Shown piece after piece: positions 34,592 to 44,311 of a DNA stretch of 49,248 bases. Source of the DNA: Minisyncoccota bacterium (GTDB taxonomy: Bacteria; Patescibacteriota; Minisyncoccia; Phycocordibacterales; UBA9973); NCBI GenBank assembly GCA_041674285.1, contig JBAYVZ010000006.1, positions 1 to 49,248 on the forward strand, given 5' to 3'. The translations under genes and the position numbers were made by a program. A model generated the notes under the pieces. The model was given only the letters and a program-made list of their open reading frames with translations. It searched no databases and had not been told where the DNA came from. The first letter of the stretch is position 1, and the number at the start of each line of letters is the position of its first letter.

Positions 34592-34620
34592 ACTATAATA
34601 AATTTAATACTTTTTGTCAA
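34592..34620 (-). promoter_or_regulatory. sigma70-type promoter
   Basis: On the minus strand: TTGACA (34620-34615), 17-nt spacer, TATAGT (34597-34592). Confidence 0.55.
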
Positions 34621-34642
34621 GTTCATGACTCAAATTATAAAT

Positions 34643-35641
34643 TTACTTTATTTTCTTAATTTTATAATCTTCTGGGGCATTTTGCAAATATTCCATTATC
34701 TTTTCTTCAGAGATTAATCCCTTTTGCGCGCCCACTTGAAGGGTGACGGACATGGCATTTATCGGTGCATATGTCAGTGCCTCGGCTAATGTATTGCCCT
34801 TACATAGGAATGTAGCTACTGTAGATGCAAATGCATCTCCGGCACCAGTTCTCTCGTATGGAGCATGTGGATATACGGGCATAAAGTAACATGATCCATC
34901 TATGTCGCGAGCGTATGCTCCCTTGATACCATCAGTCACTACTACAATCTTTGGTCCCAGCTTGTTTAACCCTTCCATTAATACGCATGCATCATGCTCG
35001 TCTGCTGTATTTAGGATCCTCTGAGCTTCTTCTTTGTTGCAGAAGAATACCTCTGTATGTTTGTAAATAGAGCCTAGTAATTCAGTTCCCAATTTCATCT
35101 GGAATGTTCCAGGTTGAAAAGCGAGTTTTACTTCTGGATTTGTATTTAGATATTCTGCGATTTGCGCATGATACTCTGTAGAGTTTGAAGCAAGAGATGA
35201 TAGGTACATCCACTTTGGTGCAGGTAAGTTCATGGGGAATGCATATGGGAATTCTGTGTGCTTTACGAGGATTGTTCGCTCTACATCGTACCATAATACA
35301 TAGTGATAGTTTGAAGACATCCCTGGTACAGTCTGCATCAGGTCTATCTTTACACCATTGTGAGTCAATTCTTCTAGATTACCTTTCCCTATATCATCAT
35401 TGCCTATGTATGCCATCAGGTATGAATTCACTCCTAGGCGTGCGGCTGATACTGCTGCATTTGCACTGTTGCCCACAGCACGACAGATCTCTGCACTCTC
35501 ATATGGTACTTTATCTCCAAAACGAAGACATAATTTGCAGTGTTCTTGCTGTAGATCGCAATTCGCTTCTGCATCTTGTATTCTGATAAATGGTTCTGTG
35601 ACTACGTCACCAATCGCTAAAAAGTCTATTTGTTTTTCCAT
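34643..35641 (-). CDS. PfkB-family carbohydrate kinase
   Basis: GAGDAFAS nucleotide/anion-hole motif and N-terminal LAIGD. Start set at the third Met, which lies 7 nt after the TATAAT box. Confidence 0.8.
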   Translation of the reverse strand: MEKQIDFLAIGDVVTEPFIRIQDAEANCDLQQEHCKLCLRFGDKVPYESAEICRAVGNSANAAVSAARLGVNSYLMAYIGNDDIGKGNLEELTHNGVKIDLMQTVPGMSSNYHYVLWYDVERTILVKHTEFPYAFPMNLPAPKWMYLSSLASNSTEYHAQIAEYLNTNPEVKLAFQPGTFQMKLGTELLGSIYKHTEVFFCNKEEAQRILNTADEHDACVLMEGLNKLGPKIVVVTDGIKGAYARDIDGSCYFMPVYPHAPYERTGAGDAFASTVATFLCKGNTLAEALTYAPINAMSVTLQVGAQKGLISEEKIMEYLQNAPEDYKIKKIK

Positions 35642-35648
35642 GTTCATC

Positions 35649-35657
35649 ATTATATCA
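35649..35657 (-). promoter_or_regulatory. extended -10 box (TGaTATAAT) 7 nt upstream of ATG 35641
   Basis: The minus strand reads TGATATAAT-gatgaac-ATG. Confidence 0.45.
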
Positions 35658-35662
35658 CACTG

Positions 35663-35671
35663 TGTTATAAT
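35663..35671 (+). promoter_or_regulatory. extended -10 box (TGtTATAAT) 8 nt upstream of ATG 35680
   Basis: TGTTATAAT-ttaaatat-ATG; diverges from the PfkB-kinase promoter. Confidence 0.45.
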
Positions 35672-35679
35672 TTAAATAT

Positions 35680-36552
35680 ATGAAAACATTGCGTGAATAC
35701 ATAAAAGAGGCAGATGAAAAAGGTATAGCTATTGGTCATTTTAATATTTCAAATTTAGAAGCTTTGCATGGCATATACAATGCCGCAAAAAAACTGGGCG
35801 TACCAGTCATCATCGGTATGACAGAAGGGGAAGAGGCATTTGTGGGTATGGACGAGGGTGTAGCCCTGATACGAGAGCTTAGAGAAAAGGATAATTACCC
35901 AATCTTTTTAAATGGTGATCATCACTATAGTTTCGAGACTGTAAAGGCTGCCATAGATGCAGGGTATGATTCTGTGATTATCGATGCGGTTAAATTGCCA
36001 TTGGATGAAAATATCGCTCTTACAAAAAAATGCGTAGAGTACGCTCATGAGGTGGGTCAGAGAGAGAATCGCGATATTCTCGTCGAGGCAGAGCTAGGCT
36101 TTATAGGTCAATCTTCAAAGATGCTCGATGCTATCCCCGAGGGAGTTTCTGATGCTACTATGACTACACCCGAAGATGCAAAAGCCTTTGTGGATGCTAC
36201 GGGGGTAGATATGCTCGCCCCGTCTGTGGGCAATGTACACGGTATGGTCCGTGGTGGTAACCCTAGACTACACCCAGAGAGAGTCAAAGCTATTCGCGAA
36301 GCTACAGGCGTACCACTAGTGCTACACGGAGGATCAGGTACTATGGCAGAAGATTTCATTGAGTGCATAAAGAATGGTATAGATATCGTACATATAAATA
36401 CTGAGATACGCGTCGCATACAAAGAGGCGCTGGAGAAGTCTCTAAAAGATCACCCAGAAGAGGTGGCACCTTATAAATATTTACCAGAAGCAGTCGAGGC
36501 CGTAGAAAGAGTCGTCTACGACCGTCTTAAACTTTTTAGTGGAATAAAATAA
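35680..36552 (+). CDS. fba: class II fructose-bisphosphate aldolase
   Basis: GHFNISNLE, LNGDHH, LVLHGGSG. Confidence 0.9.
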   Translation: MKTLREYIKEADEKGIAIGHFNISNLEALHGIYNAAKKLGVPVIIGMTEGEEAFVGMDEGVALIRELREKDNYPIFLNGDHHYSFETVKAAIDAGYDSVIIDAVKLPLDENIALTKKCVEYAHEVGQRENRDILVEAELGFIGQSSKMLDAIPEGVSDATMTTPEDAKAFVDATGVDMLAPSVGNVHGMVRGGNPRLHPERVKAIREATGVPLVLHGGSGTMAEDFIECIKNGIDIVHINTEIRVAYKEALEKSLKDHPEEVAPYKYLPEAVEAVERVVYDRLKLFSGIK

Positions 36553-36556
36553 AAAT

Positions 36557-38296
36557 ATGTTCTTATTCAAATCAGATTTAAAGAGGGTGTTCAAGGGGGA
36601 TATCGAGGACAGTGAAGATGTGCTGAAGGCCTATTCACGTGATGCCTCACTGCTGGAAGTAAAACCTCAAGTGGTGGTATACCCAAAAGATTCTGAGGAT
36701 ATAAAAAAATTAGTACTCTGGGTAAATGAAAAGAACATAAAGATAAATGATCATACTCACAGGCTGACCATCACTGCTCGGTCTGCTGGTACCTGTATGG
36801 CAGGTGGAGCAATCGGTGAATCTATCGTGGTGGATTTTACTCGCTATATGAATGCAGTTGAAAAGGTAAATAGCGTAGCTGCTTTTTTGATGACACCAAA
36901 ATTCCCAAATGCAAACCCAGTAGAGATTTCTGGGGATGCGACTGTAATGCCTGGATGTTACTATCGCGATTTTGAACCAAAGACTCTCGAGCAGGGGTTA
37001 CTATTACCTTGCTACACAGCATCCAAGAGTCTCAATGCCGTAGGTGGTATGGTTGGCAATAATTCTGCTGGGGAAAAGACTCTAGGCTACGGCAAGACAG
37101 AAGACTACATAAAAGAATTAAATGTAGTATTTGCGGATGGTCGTGAATATACGGTGCGACCTTTGAATAAAAAAGAACTCTATGCAAAAATCGCACAAGG
37201 GGATTTTGAGGGAGACATATACAAGAATATTTTTGCGATAATAAATGACAACAAGAATGATATAAAAAATGCAAAGCCCGCAGTCTCAAAAAATTCTGCA
37301 GGGTATTATCTATGGAATGTATGGGATGCAGAGAAAGAAATATTTGATCTTGCAAAATTGATAGTCGGATCACAGGGGACACTAGGCCTGGTCACAAAGA
37401 TAACTTTTCACCTAGTAAAGGTAAAGCCTGCATCAAAACTCGTAGCAGTATTTATGAAAGATCTGACTGACCTGGGAAAGATTGTCGACCGCATACTCAC
37501 ACACAAGCCAGAGAGCCTAGAATCATACGATGATGCAACTATGAAATTGGCAATCAAATTCTTTCCAGATTTTCTAAAAAAGAAAGGTGTATTTGGGATG
37601 ATAAAATTCATGTGGAGCTTCCTACCAGAGGCGGGCCTCATGCTATGGAAAGGTTTCCCTAAATTAGTCTTGCTCGTTGAATTTGCGGGAGAGAGTGAAA
37701 AAGAGATAGACGCAAAAGCTCGTAGCCTCGTCGCAGATATATCTTCATTTGGATTTGGTACACGTATCACATCATCTCAGGCAGAGAGTGAAAAGTATTG
37801 GGATATACGTCGGGAGAGTTTTGCACTACTACGCAAGCATGTAAAAGATTTGCATACTGCACCATTCATCGATGACATCATAGTAAAACCAGAACTCCTT
37901 CCAGAATTCCTGCCAAAACTCAGAAAAATTCTAGATCAATATCCGATCACTTATACCATCGCTGGTCATGCAGGTAATGGTAATTTCCACATCATTCCTT
38001 TGATGGATTTTAGTGATGAAAAGACCGTGGATATTATTCTGGAATTGTCTGACAAAGTTTACAATCTGGTTCTTGAATACAAGGGTTCGACCAATGCCGA
38101 GCACAATGACGGCATTATCCGATCACCATTCCTAGAGCAGATGTATGGAAAGAAAGTCTATGGATTATTTGAACAAACCAAGGCTGTATTTGATAAAGAC
38201 AACATATTGAATCCTGGTAAAAAAGTCGGTAGCTCAAAAGAATACATCCGCACTCATATAATCCGAGAATCACACGACCACTCGCATAAAGTTTAA
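36557..38296 (+). CDS. FAD-linked oxidoreductase (GlcD/D-lactate dehydrogenase-like)
   Basis: N-terminal FAD_binding_4-like region (ITARSAGTCMAGGA...) and a C-terminal FAD-oxidase-like region (AGHAGNGNFHIIP, EHNDG). Confidence 0.75.
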   Translation: MFLFKSDLKRVFKGDIEDSEDVLKAYSRDASLLEVKPQVVVYPKDSEDIKKLVLWVNEKNIKINDHTHRLTITARSAGTCMAGGAIGESIVVDFTRYMNAVEKVNSVAAFLMTPKFPNANPVEISGDATVMPGCYYRDFEPKTLEQGLLLPCYTASKSLNAVGGMVGNNSAGEKTLGYGKTEDYIKELNVVFADGREYTVRPLNKKELYAKIAQGDFEGDIYKNIFAIINDNKNDIKNAKPAVSKNSAGYYLWNVWDAEKEIFDLAKLIVGSQGTLGLVTKITFHLVKVKPASKLVAVFMKDLTDLGKIVDRILTHKPESLESYDDATMKLAIKFFPDFLKKKGVFGMIKFMWSFLPEAGLMLWKGFPKLVLLVEFAGESEKEIDAKARSLVADISSFGFGTRITSSQAESEKYWDIRRESFALLRKHVKDLHTAPFIDDIIVKPELLPEFLPKLRKILDQYPITYTIAGHAGNGNFHIIPLMDFSDEKTVDIILELSDKVYNLVLEYKGSTNAEHNDGIIRSPFLEQMYGKKVYGLFEQTKAVFDKDNILNPGKKVGSSKEYIRTHIIRESHDHSHKV

Positions 38297-38305
38297 TATA
38301 TCTAT

Positions 38306-38962
38306 ATGAAAGAAAATATCCCAAAATTAATACCAAAAACAGAAGCAACAGAAAAGAAATACTTATATCATAAAGTTCCCGCTGATATGAAGCCCAATGA
38401 GGAAGGGAAGAAGATTTTGTATCCTCTCAGTGATCTAAAAGAAAAATTCCCAGAAGTTTATGCTGAAGAAATTAGTAAATATGATTCTAATGAATACAGA
38501 AAAAAGATTCCAGAACTTAATATCCCTACACTAGGAGATGCAAAATGGAAAGATGTCGTTCAGATGAGTGCCATACATCCTCAGGATTTAATAAATTCTT
38601 TAAATGCCTCAGGGTTTTACTATGAACCAATGAAGTTTTATAAAATTGACCCAGAGAAATTAAACCAAAGCAAGACAACAATTTATCTAAATAAAGATGG
38701 TGTTGGTGATGAAGATTTGTCCAATTTTGCTGAATTCAAGCACGATGATTTAGGATATCATTCTATAGTTCCTGAAGTTACAAAAGAGTATTATAAGAAA
38801 ATCAAAAAAATAAATGAAGATTTAGAACCTGAAAAGAAAAAAGGCCCATTACTTTTCGGTGGAGTTCCTCATATTTTTCATCGTGGACCTATTGATGTTT
38901 CTGGTTTTGAAGAGGATACAGCAATTAGTGAAGATAAAGATAGAAAAGATAAAGAATCATAA
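38306..38962 (+). CDS. hypothetical protein
   Basis: 218-aa Lys/Glu-rich ORF, last gene of the fba operon; no motif recognised. Confidence 0.5.
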   Translation: MKENIPKLIPKTEATEKKYLYHKVPADMKPNEEGKKILYPLSDLKEKFPEVYAEEISKYDSNEYRKKIPELNIPTLGDAKWKDVVQMSAIHPQDLINSLNASGFYYEPMKFYKIDPEKLNQSKTTIYLNKDGVGDEDLSNFAEFKHDDLGYHSIVPEVTKEYYKKIKKINEDLEPEKKKGPLLFGGVPHIFHRGPIDVSGFEEDTAISEDKDRKDKES

Positions 38963-38975
38963 TTTTTCCTCAAAA

Positions 38976-39008
38976 AACCACCCGAAAGCGTAGCTTTCGG
39001 GTGGTTTG
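38976..39008 (+). terminator. intrinsic terminator (short T-run)
   Basis: aaccacccgaaagc/gctttcgggtggtt 14-bp stem followed by TTT. Confidence 0.65.
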
Positions 39009-39034
39009 ACATAATACCTAAACATTGGTAATCT
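39006..39034 (+). promoter_or_regulatory. sigma70-type promoter with extended -10
   Basis: TTGACA (39006-39011), 17-nt spacer, TGgTAATCT (39026-39034). Confidence 0.45.
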
Positions 39035-39079
39035 TTGGTTAAAATATTCGAAAATTCAATAAAACCAAACATCATTTTT

Positions 39080-40558
39080 ATGACAATTAAAAATTCTTTT
39101 CAAGAATATCTCACGTATGACGATGTTCTTTTAATTCCGCAGTATTCCGAGGTTTTACCTAGGGAGACAGATCTTTCTACTTCTTTGAGTCGAAATATAA
39201 AACTCAAAATTCCGTTTATCGCAGCTGCGATGGACACTGTATCTGAGCACAAGCTTGCTATCGCTCTTGCCCGTCAGGGTGGAATTGCGATAATTCACAA
39301 AAATATGCCTATCGGCCGTCAGGTTGAGGAAGTGCGTAGAGTGAAGAGAGCTGAAAGTGGTATGATTATTGATCCATTAACACTAAGTCCTGACGATAGT
39401 CTTGCGAGCGTTAATAGTATCATGAAAGAAAACAAGATTGGAGGTATTCCAATAATTGGTGAACAGGGTAAACTTTTGGGTATAATCACAAATCGCGATA
39501 TGCGCTTTGAGGTAGATTTTACAAAAAAAGTTTCTGATGTTATGACAAAAGATAACCTGATTACATTTCCTTATTCGGAGAAAATCAATTTAGTTAATGC
39601 AGAAATCATTTTGCAAAGAGAAAAAATTGAAAAATTACCTGTTGTTGATGCTGATGGGGTGCTGAGAGGCTTGATCACTTATCGTGATATAACACTTGCT
39701 TCAAACAATCCAAATGCTTGTAAGGATCAACATGGAAGACTCCGTGTAGGTGCTGCTGTTGGTGTTACTGCCGATGTAAAAGAAAGGGTAAAAAAGCTTA
39801 AAGAAGTTGGTGTAGATGTTATCGTAATTGACTCTGCTCATGGAGATTCAAAAGGTATTATTGAAACACTAAAATCTATTAAAAGTAGTTTCCCTAAATT
39901 AGATGTTATCGCTGGTAATATTGCCACAGTGGAGGCAGCAAAGAGGCTGCGTGAAGCAGGGGCTGATGCTGTAAAAGTTGGTATTGGTCCGGGTACTATT
40001 TGTACTACTCGTATCGTAACTGGAGTCGGAGTTCCTCAATTTTCTGCTGTATATAATATAGCGAAATCTTTGAAAGAATTTGGGATACCAGTTATTGCTG
40101 ATGGTGGAATTCGTTATAGTGGAGATGTCGCAAAAGCACTTGGTGCTGGAGCTTCTTCTGTTATGATGGGTTCTATATTTGCTGGGTGTGACGAAGCACC
40201 AGGCGAGACAGTGTTGAGTGAGGGGCGAAAGTTCAAGACTTACCGCGGAATGGGTTCTATAGAAGCTATGAAGGAGGGTAGTGCCGATAGATATTTTCAG
40301 GATGTAGAAGATGGTATAAATACCAAACTTGTTCCTGAGGGTGTCGTGTCTATGGTTCCTTATTCTGGATCTATTAAAGAGCAAATCCATCAATTTATTG
40401 GTGGTTTACGTGCATCTTTGGGGTATTGTGGTTCACAAAACATCCATGAATTTTGGAGGAAAGCTAAGTTTGCAAAAATAACCAGTGCTGGGATGAAAGA
40501 AAGTCATGTTCACGATGTATCTATGGTTAAAGATGCTCCAAATTATTCAAAATCTTAA
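39080..40558 (+). CDS. guaB: IMP dehydrogenase
   Basis: [10 protein letters not shown], a CBS pair, catalytic [11 protein letters not shown] and [11 protein letters not shown] 39080 preferred over the TTG at 39035. Confidence 0.95.
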   Translation: MTIKNSFQEYLTYDDVLLIPQYSEVLPRETDLSTSLSRNIKLKIPFIAAAMDTVSEHKLAIALARQGGIAIIHKNMPIGRQVEEVRRVKRAESGMIIDPLTLSPDDSLASVNSIMKENKIGGIPIIGEQGKLLGIITNRDMRFEVDFTKKVSDVMTKDNLITFPYSEKINLVNAEIILQREKIEKLPVVDADGVLRGLITYRDITLASNNPNACKDQHGRLRVGAAVGVTADVKERVKKLKEVGVDVIVIDSAHGDSKGIIETLKSIKSSFPKLDVIAGNIATVEAAKRLREAGADAVKVGIGPGTICTTRIVTGVGVPQFSAVYNIAKSLKEFGIPVIADGGIRYSGDVAKALGAGASSVMMGSIFAGCDEAPGETVLSEGRKFKTYRGMGSIEAMKEGSADRYFQDVEDGINTKLVPEGVVSMVPYSGSIKEQIHQFIGGLRASLGYCGSQNIHEFWRKAKFAKITSAGMKESHVHDVSMVKDAPNYSKS

Positions 40559-40568
40559 TTTCACTATT

Positions 40569-41837
40569 ATGAAAAAGAATAATTTACCAACACCAGAAAG
40601 AGGCAAAGTTGATGTCTTGATGGGTTTGCAATGGGGAGATGAAGGCAAGGGAAAGATCGTGGATATTGTTACTCCACACTATGATGTTGTAGCTCGTTTT
40701 GGAGGAGGTCCAAATGCTGGGCATTCTTTGGAAGTAAATGGCCAGACCGTAGTGCTTAATCAGATACCTTCAGGCGCCCTGAATCAAAATGCAAAACTTT
40801 TGATCGGTAATGGTTGTGCTGTTGATCCTATTTGCGTAAAAAGAGATTTAGAAAAGCTTTCAAAGGCTGGGATTGATGTATCAAATCGTCTATTTTTCTC
40901 TGAGAGAGCTAAGCTCATCACACCTATTCATCCATTGGATGATGCCTGGAGTGAATTTAAAAAAGGCGAAGGCAAGATTGGTTCTACTTTGCGTGGCATC
41001 ACTCCATTATATGTGTCACATTATTCCCGCAAGGGATTGTTTGTGTCCGATTTTGGCAAGAGTCCTAATCTCGTCGAGGAACTAACAAAAGAGCTTTACA
41101 ACAAGATTGAATCTATTAAAAAGGAAAGAAAAGATGGGGAGCAATTCATTCACGAGCATTTTAAAGGACAGAATATTAGTGAGGTTATGTCGGTATGGGC
41201 TGGTTCTTTTCTTTTCTCAGTACCAAAAGCAAGTATTGTTGGAATGGATTACGTAAGTACTCAGGCTAAAGTAGGCGAAAGAATACTGGCAGAAGGTGCC
41301 CAGGCTCATTATCTTGATATCGAGCAAGGAGATTATCCATATGTTACTAGTAGTCACACTACATCAGCCGGAGCCTGTGTTGGCCTGAATGTACGCCCTC
41401 AGTTGATCAAGAATGTCTACGGTGTGATAAAGGCTTATGCAACTCGTGTGGGTAATGGCCCATTTGATGATGAGTTTACAGACGAGAAATTGGCTGAGTA
41501 TTTTCGTAAGAAGGGTCATGAATACGGTGCTACTACTGGACGCTCAAGGCGTATAGGGTGGACCAATTTCGATCTTGTTCGTAGGGCGATTATGGCTAAT
41601 GGTGTAACCCATATCTTTATCAACAAGGTTGATGTGCTTTTCAATGAAAAATTCAAAATCATAGACAGTCATGGAGATCATGACTTTGAAGGTTTAGATT
41701 TTAAAGACAACAAACCAAACATTGAATTGGAGAGTTTTATTGAATTGATCGAGGACTGCCTTGTATACAGTGGTTCAGGAACTAAACTGATCGGCATAGG
41801 TACAGGTCCTAGTCGCGACGATGTTTATTATTTGTAA
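40569..41837 (+). CDS. purA: adenylosuccinate synthetase
   Basis: GLQWGDEGKGKIVD, GTTGRSRR. ATG 40569 preferred. Confidence 0.95.
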   Translation: MKKNNLPTPERGKVDVLMGLQWGDEGKGKIVDIVTPHYDVVARFGGGPNAGHSLEVNGQTVVLNQIPSGALNQNAKLLIGNGCAVDPICVKRDLEKLSKAGIDVSNRLFFSERAKLITPIHPLDDAWSEFKKGEGKIGSTLRGITPLYVSHYSRKGLFVSDFGKSPNLVEELTKELYNKIESIKKERKDGEQFIHEHFKGQNISEVMSVWAGSFLFSVPKASIVGMDYVSTQAKVGERILAEGAQAHYLDIEQGDYPYVTSSHTTSAGACVGLNVRPQLIKNVYGVIKAYATRVGNGPFDDEFTDEKLAEYFRKKGHEYGATTGRSRRIGWTNFDLVRRAIMANGVTHIFINKVDVLFNEKFKIIDSHGDHDFEGLDFKDNKPNIELESFIELIEDCLVYSGSGTKLIGIGTGPSRDDVYYL

Positions 41838-41856
41838 ATTGTTTTCCTAAATTTGT

Positions 41857-41891
41857 AAAAGCCGTGTTCACTTTGTGAATACGGCTTTTAA
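41857..41891 (+). terminator. intrinsic terminator
   Basis: gccgtgttcac/gtgaatacggc stem followed by a T-run. Confidence 0.75.
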
Positions 41892-41936
41892 TCTGTCTTT
41901 TTGACTTATTCTTGCTATGGGAGTATCCTGTAGGTA

Positions 41937-41959
41937 AATAAAACCCAAACCACCACCCT
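41937..41959 (+). promoter_or_regulatory. A/C-rich leader motif AAATAAAACCCAAACCACCACCCT abutting the ATG
   Basis: Same motif class as 8031, 21519(-) and 29239. Confidence 0.3.
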
Positions 41960-42289
41960 ATGTTAGATAATTTAGTTCATAGAATTAGATTGTTTTTTGT
42001 TTTTATGCATAAAAACCTAAAACAATTATTTGCAAGAAAAATTTTAATTAATCCATTGCTTGTTGATAGAAGCGAGGATCATTCTTTCCCTAGAAGGGCA
42101 TTTATGTCCGTTGACTTTAAGGATAGGAAAAATGTGAATCTCGGTATTCGACTAGAAAACTTATGGAGTCCCAAATCAGATTGTCAAAAGCTGACAAAGA
42201 AGCTACTCCGTTCAGGTATGAATATGGAACAATCTCGTCATTACTTAGATGTTGCAGTTGTAGTGTTTAGTAAAGATAAGCTGGTTTAA
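41960..42289 (+). CDS. hypothetical protein
   Basis: 109-aa ORF followed by a terminator; no motif recognised. Confidence 0.35.
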   Translation: MLDNLVHRIRLFFVFMHKNLKQLFARKILINPLLVDRSEDHSFPRRAFMSVDFKDRKNVNLGIRLENLWSPKSDCQKLTKKLLRSGMNMEQSRHYLDVAVVVFSKDKLV

Positions 42290-42316
42290 ATTAGTTTTTT
42301 TGTTTCTTAAAATCAA

Positions 42317-42351
42317 GGTCGAATCCATTTATTTGGATTCGGCTTTTTTCT
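42317..42351 (+). terminator. intrinsic terminator
   Basis: gtcgaatcca/tggattcggc stem followed by T6. Confidence 0.75.
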
Positions 42352-42394
42352 TTTGCCTGCAAGGGTATTTTCTGAAAAGTTATCCACAGAAGAA

Positions 42395-42462
42395 GTGGGA
42401 TTTTGTTATTGCATAGTGGGATAGGGTGGAGTATAATGTAAACAAGTGGGATGATGTGGGAT
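42395..42462 (+). promoter_or_regulatory. mraZ promoter with an array of GTGGGAT (MraZ-box-like) direct repeats
   Basis: GTGGGAT at 42395, 42416, 42446 and 42456, plus the variant GTGGAGT at 42426. TTGCAT (42409-42414), 17-nt spacer, TATAAT (42432-42437). Confidence 0.7.
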
Positions 42463-42507
42463 GATTAAATTTTAATCATTTTTAATTACAAAATTCCGCC
42501 TGCTGCC

Positions 42508-42942
42508 ATGCTAATTGGAGAATACAAACACACACTAGATGAGAAGAATAGAATGTCTCTCCCTGTAAAATTCCGCAAGGAAATGGGGAAGTGTGTTGTT
42601 GTGGCTCCGGGACTAGATGGATGTCTCTCACTCTTCACGGTAAAAGAGTGGGAGAAGATCTCATCAAAGCTCTCGGAGTCATCTATGCTCCAGGCTGACA
42701 ACAGAAGTTTCTCGCGATTTATGTTTGGTCAAGCAGTTATTGCTGATGTGGATGCATCTGGCCGAATATTGATTCCGGAAAATTTAAAGATTCGTTCAAA
42801 GCTTACTCGTGAGGTGATCGTCATCGGTGTACAGAACCGTGCAGAAATCTGGAATGAAAAGGCTTGGAATGATTACAAGAAAGTGGTTGAAAAAGAGGCC
42901 GATGCTTTGGCTGACAAATTAGGACAGGTGGGTGTTCTTTAA
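42508..42942 (+). CDS. mraZ: transcriptional regulator MraZ
   Basis: Two SpoVT/AbrB-like halves: DEKNRMSLPVKFR and DASGRILIPENLK. Confidence 0.9.
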   Translation: MLIGEYKHTLDEKNRMSLPVKFRKEMGKCVVVAPGLDGCLSLFTVKEWEKISSKLSESSMLQADNRSFSRFMFGQAVIADVDASGRILIPENLKIRSKLTREVIVIGVQNRAEIWNEKAWNDYKKVVEKEADALADKLGQVGVL

Positions 42943-42948
42943 AATATT

Positions 42949-43842
42949 ATGAAGCATATTTCTGTACTCCTACATGAGACGATAGATGGGTTGGCTATAA
43001 AATCAGGTGATATCATCGTCGATGGTACACTCGGTGGCGGTGGTCATACTCGCGAAATTGTGCACAGGTTCGGATCCGGCGTAAAAGTCATAGGTCTGGA
43101 TCTAGATAGCGATGCGATGCACAGAGCAAAGGAGAGTCTCTCTGGTATGGATAGCGACACAGTCTTTAAAATAGCAGGATTCCAAGATATAGATAAAGTC
43201 CTCTCAGAGCTAGGCATTCCAAAGGTGGACAAGATTCTCCTGGATCTAGGTATCAGCTCATTTGAGCTGGATATCGGAGGGAGAGGATTTTCATTCCTAC
43301 GGGACGAGCCACTGCTGATGACTATGAAGAAGGAGCCTACGGATGAAGATCTAACTGCAAAGGATATAGTCAACACTTGGGATGAAGAAAATATCGCTGA
43401 CATAATTTATGGTTTTGGAGAAGAAAAGTATTCCAGGATTATCGCTCGCGCTATAGTCGCTGCCCGTAAAGAAAAATCAATAGAGACTACTTTTGATTTA
43501 GTAAAGATATTGGATGATTGTATCGGACGAAGATATAAAGGGCAGAGGATACATCCGGCGACTCGTACATTCCAAGCATTGCGTATAGCTACAAACAGTG
43601 AATTGACCAATTTAGAAAAAGTGATTGAAAAAGGTTTTGATTCACTCTCTGTAGGTGGAAGGATAGCTATCATCAGCTTTCATAGCCTAGAAGACAGGAT
43701 AGTAAAGAGAGCTTTTGTAAAACTCAAAGAAGACGGCAGAGCTACGATAGTGACAAAAAAACCAATAGTGCCCACAGACGAAGAGATCAGGGAGAACAGT
43801 CGTTCTCGAAGTGCAAAACTAAGAGTCATCGAAAAATTATAA
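42949..43842 (+). CDS. rsmH: 16S rRNA (cytosine1402-N4)-methyltransferase
   Basis: HISVLLHE, DGTLGGGGHT, SFHSLEDRIVK, NSRSRSAKLR. Confidence 0.95.
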   Translation: MKHISVLLHETIDGLAIKSGDIIVDGTLGGGGHTREIVHRFGSGVKVIGLDLDSDAMHRAKESLSGMDSDTVFKIAGFQDIDKVLSELGIPKVDKILLDLGISSFELDIGGRGFSFLRDEPLLMTMKKEPTDEDLTAKDIVNTWDEENIADIIYGFGEEKYSRIIARAIVAARKEKSIETTFDLVKILDDCIGRRYKGQRIHPATRTFQALRIATNSELTNLEKVIEKGFDSLSVGGRIAIISFHSLEDRIVKRAFVKLKEDGRATIVTKKPIVPTDEEIRENSRSRSAKLRVIEKL

Positions 43843-43863
43843 TTAATCAATATCAAGATCAAA

Positions 43864-44190
43864 ATGAATAAAGCAAAAACAATAACAAATACACTATCAC
43901 ATGATATGAATGTACAGCGTACAGTATTCAAAACTCTAGTAACGTCTATTGTTATGCTTTCTATTTGCTATATTTATTTTATCGGATCAATCACATTCAA
44001 TGTGCTAGCTCGCAAGTCTCTGGAGTCAAATATGCGTGAGGTCGGCAGTCGTGTCAGCAATCTAGAGCTTTCATATCTCTCCATCTCAAACTCTATAGAT
44101 AAGAATTTTGCTTCATCACTTGGCTTTGTCGATGCCGCTTCTCCAATATTTGCTACACGCATTGTCGCATCTCGTGTCGCTGTAAGATAA
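43864..44190 (+). CDS. FtsL-like single-pass membrane protein (positional call)
   Basis: 108 aa with one TM segment and a coiled-coil-like tail, sitting in the ftsL slot between rsmH and ftsI. Confidence 0.5.
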   Translation: MNKAKTITNTLSHDMNVQRTVFKTLVTSIVMLSICYIYFIGSITFNVLARKSLESNMREVGSRVSNLELSYLSISNSIDKNFASSLGFVDAASPIFATRIVASRVAVR

Positions 44191-44195
44191 TGAAT

Positions 44196-44311
44196 CCCGT
44201 TAGAAGCCACGGTCACAATGAAATTTTTTGTGATATTAAAATGATAAATCAAAATTATAAAATAATATTTAGTAAGGGCGGTGTTTTGACCGTGACCTGC
44301 TTCTAAACGGG
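44196..44311 (+). mobile_element. ORF-less inverted-repeat element (MITE-like), copy 2
   Basis: CCCGTTAGAAG (44196-44206) and CTTCTAAACGGG (44300-44311) are inverted repeats, extended by gccacggtcac/gaccgtg. They are flanked by the direct repeat ATGAAT at 44190-44195 and 44312-44317. Confidence 0.6.

Noticed and set aside
42380-42388. Perfect DnaA box TTATCCACA upstream of mraZ, possibly marking oriC
   Set aside because: It is a single box. There is no cluster of boxes, no AT-rich unwinding repeats and no dnaA/dnaN nearby. It sits in an ordinary promoter region, so it is treated as chance or at most a minor regulatory site.
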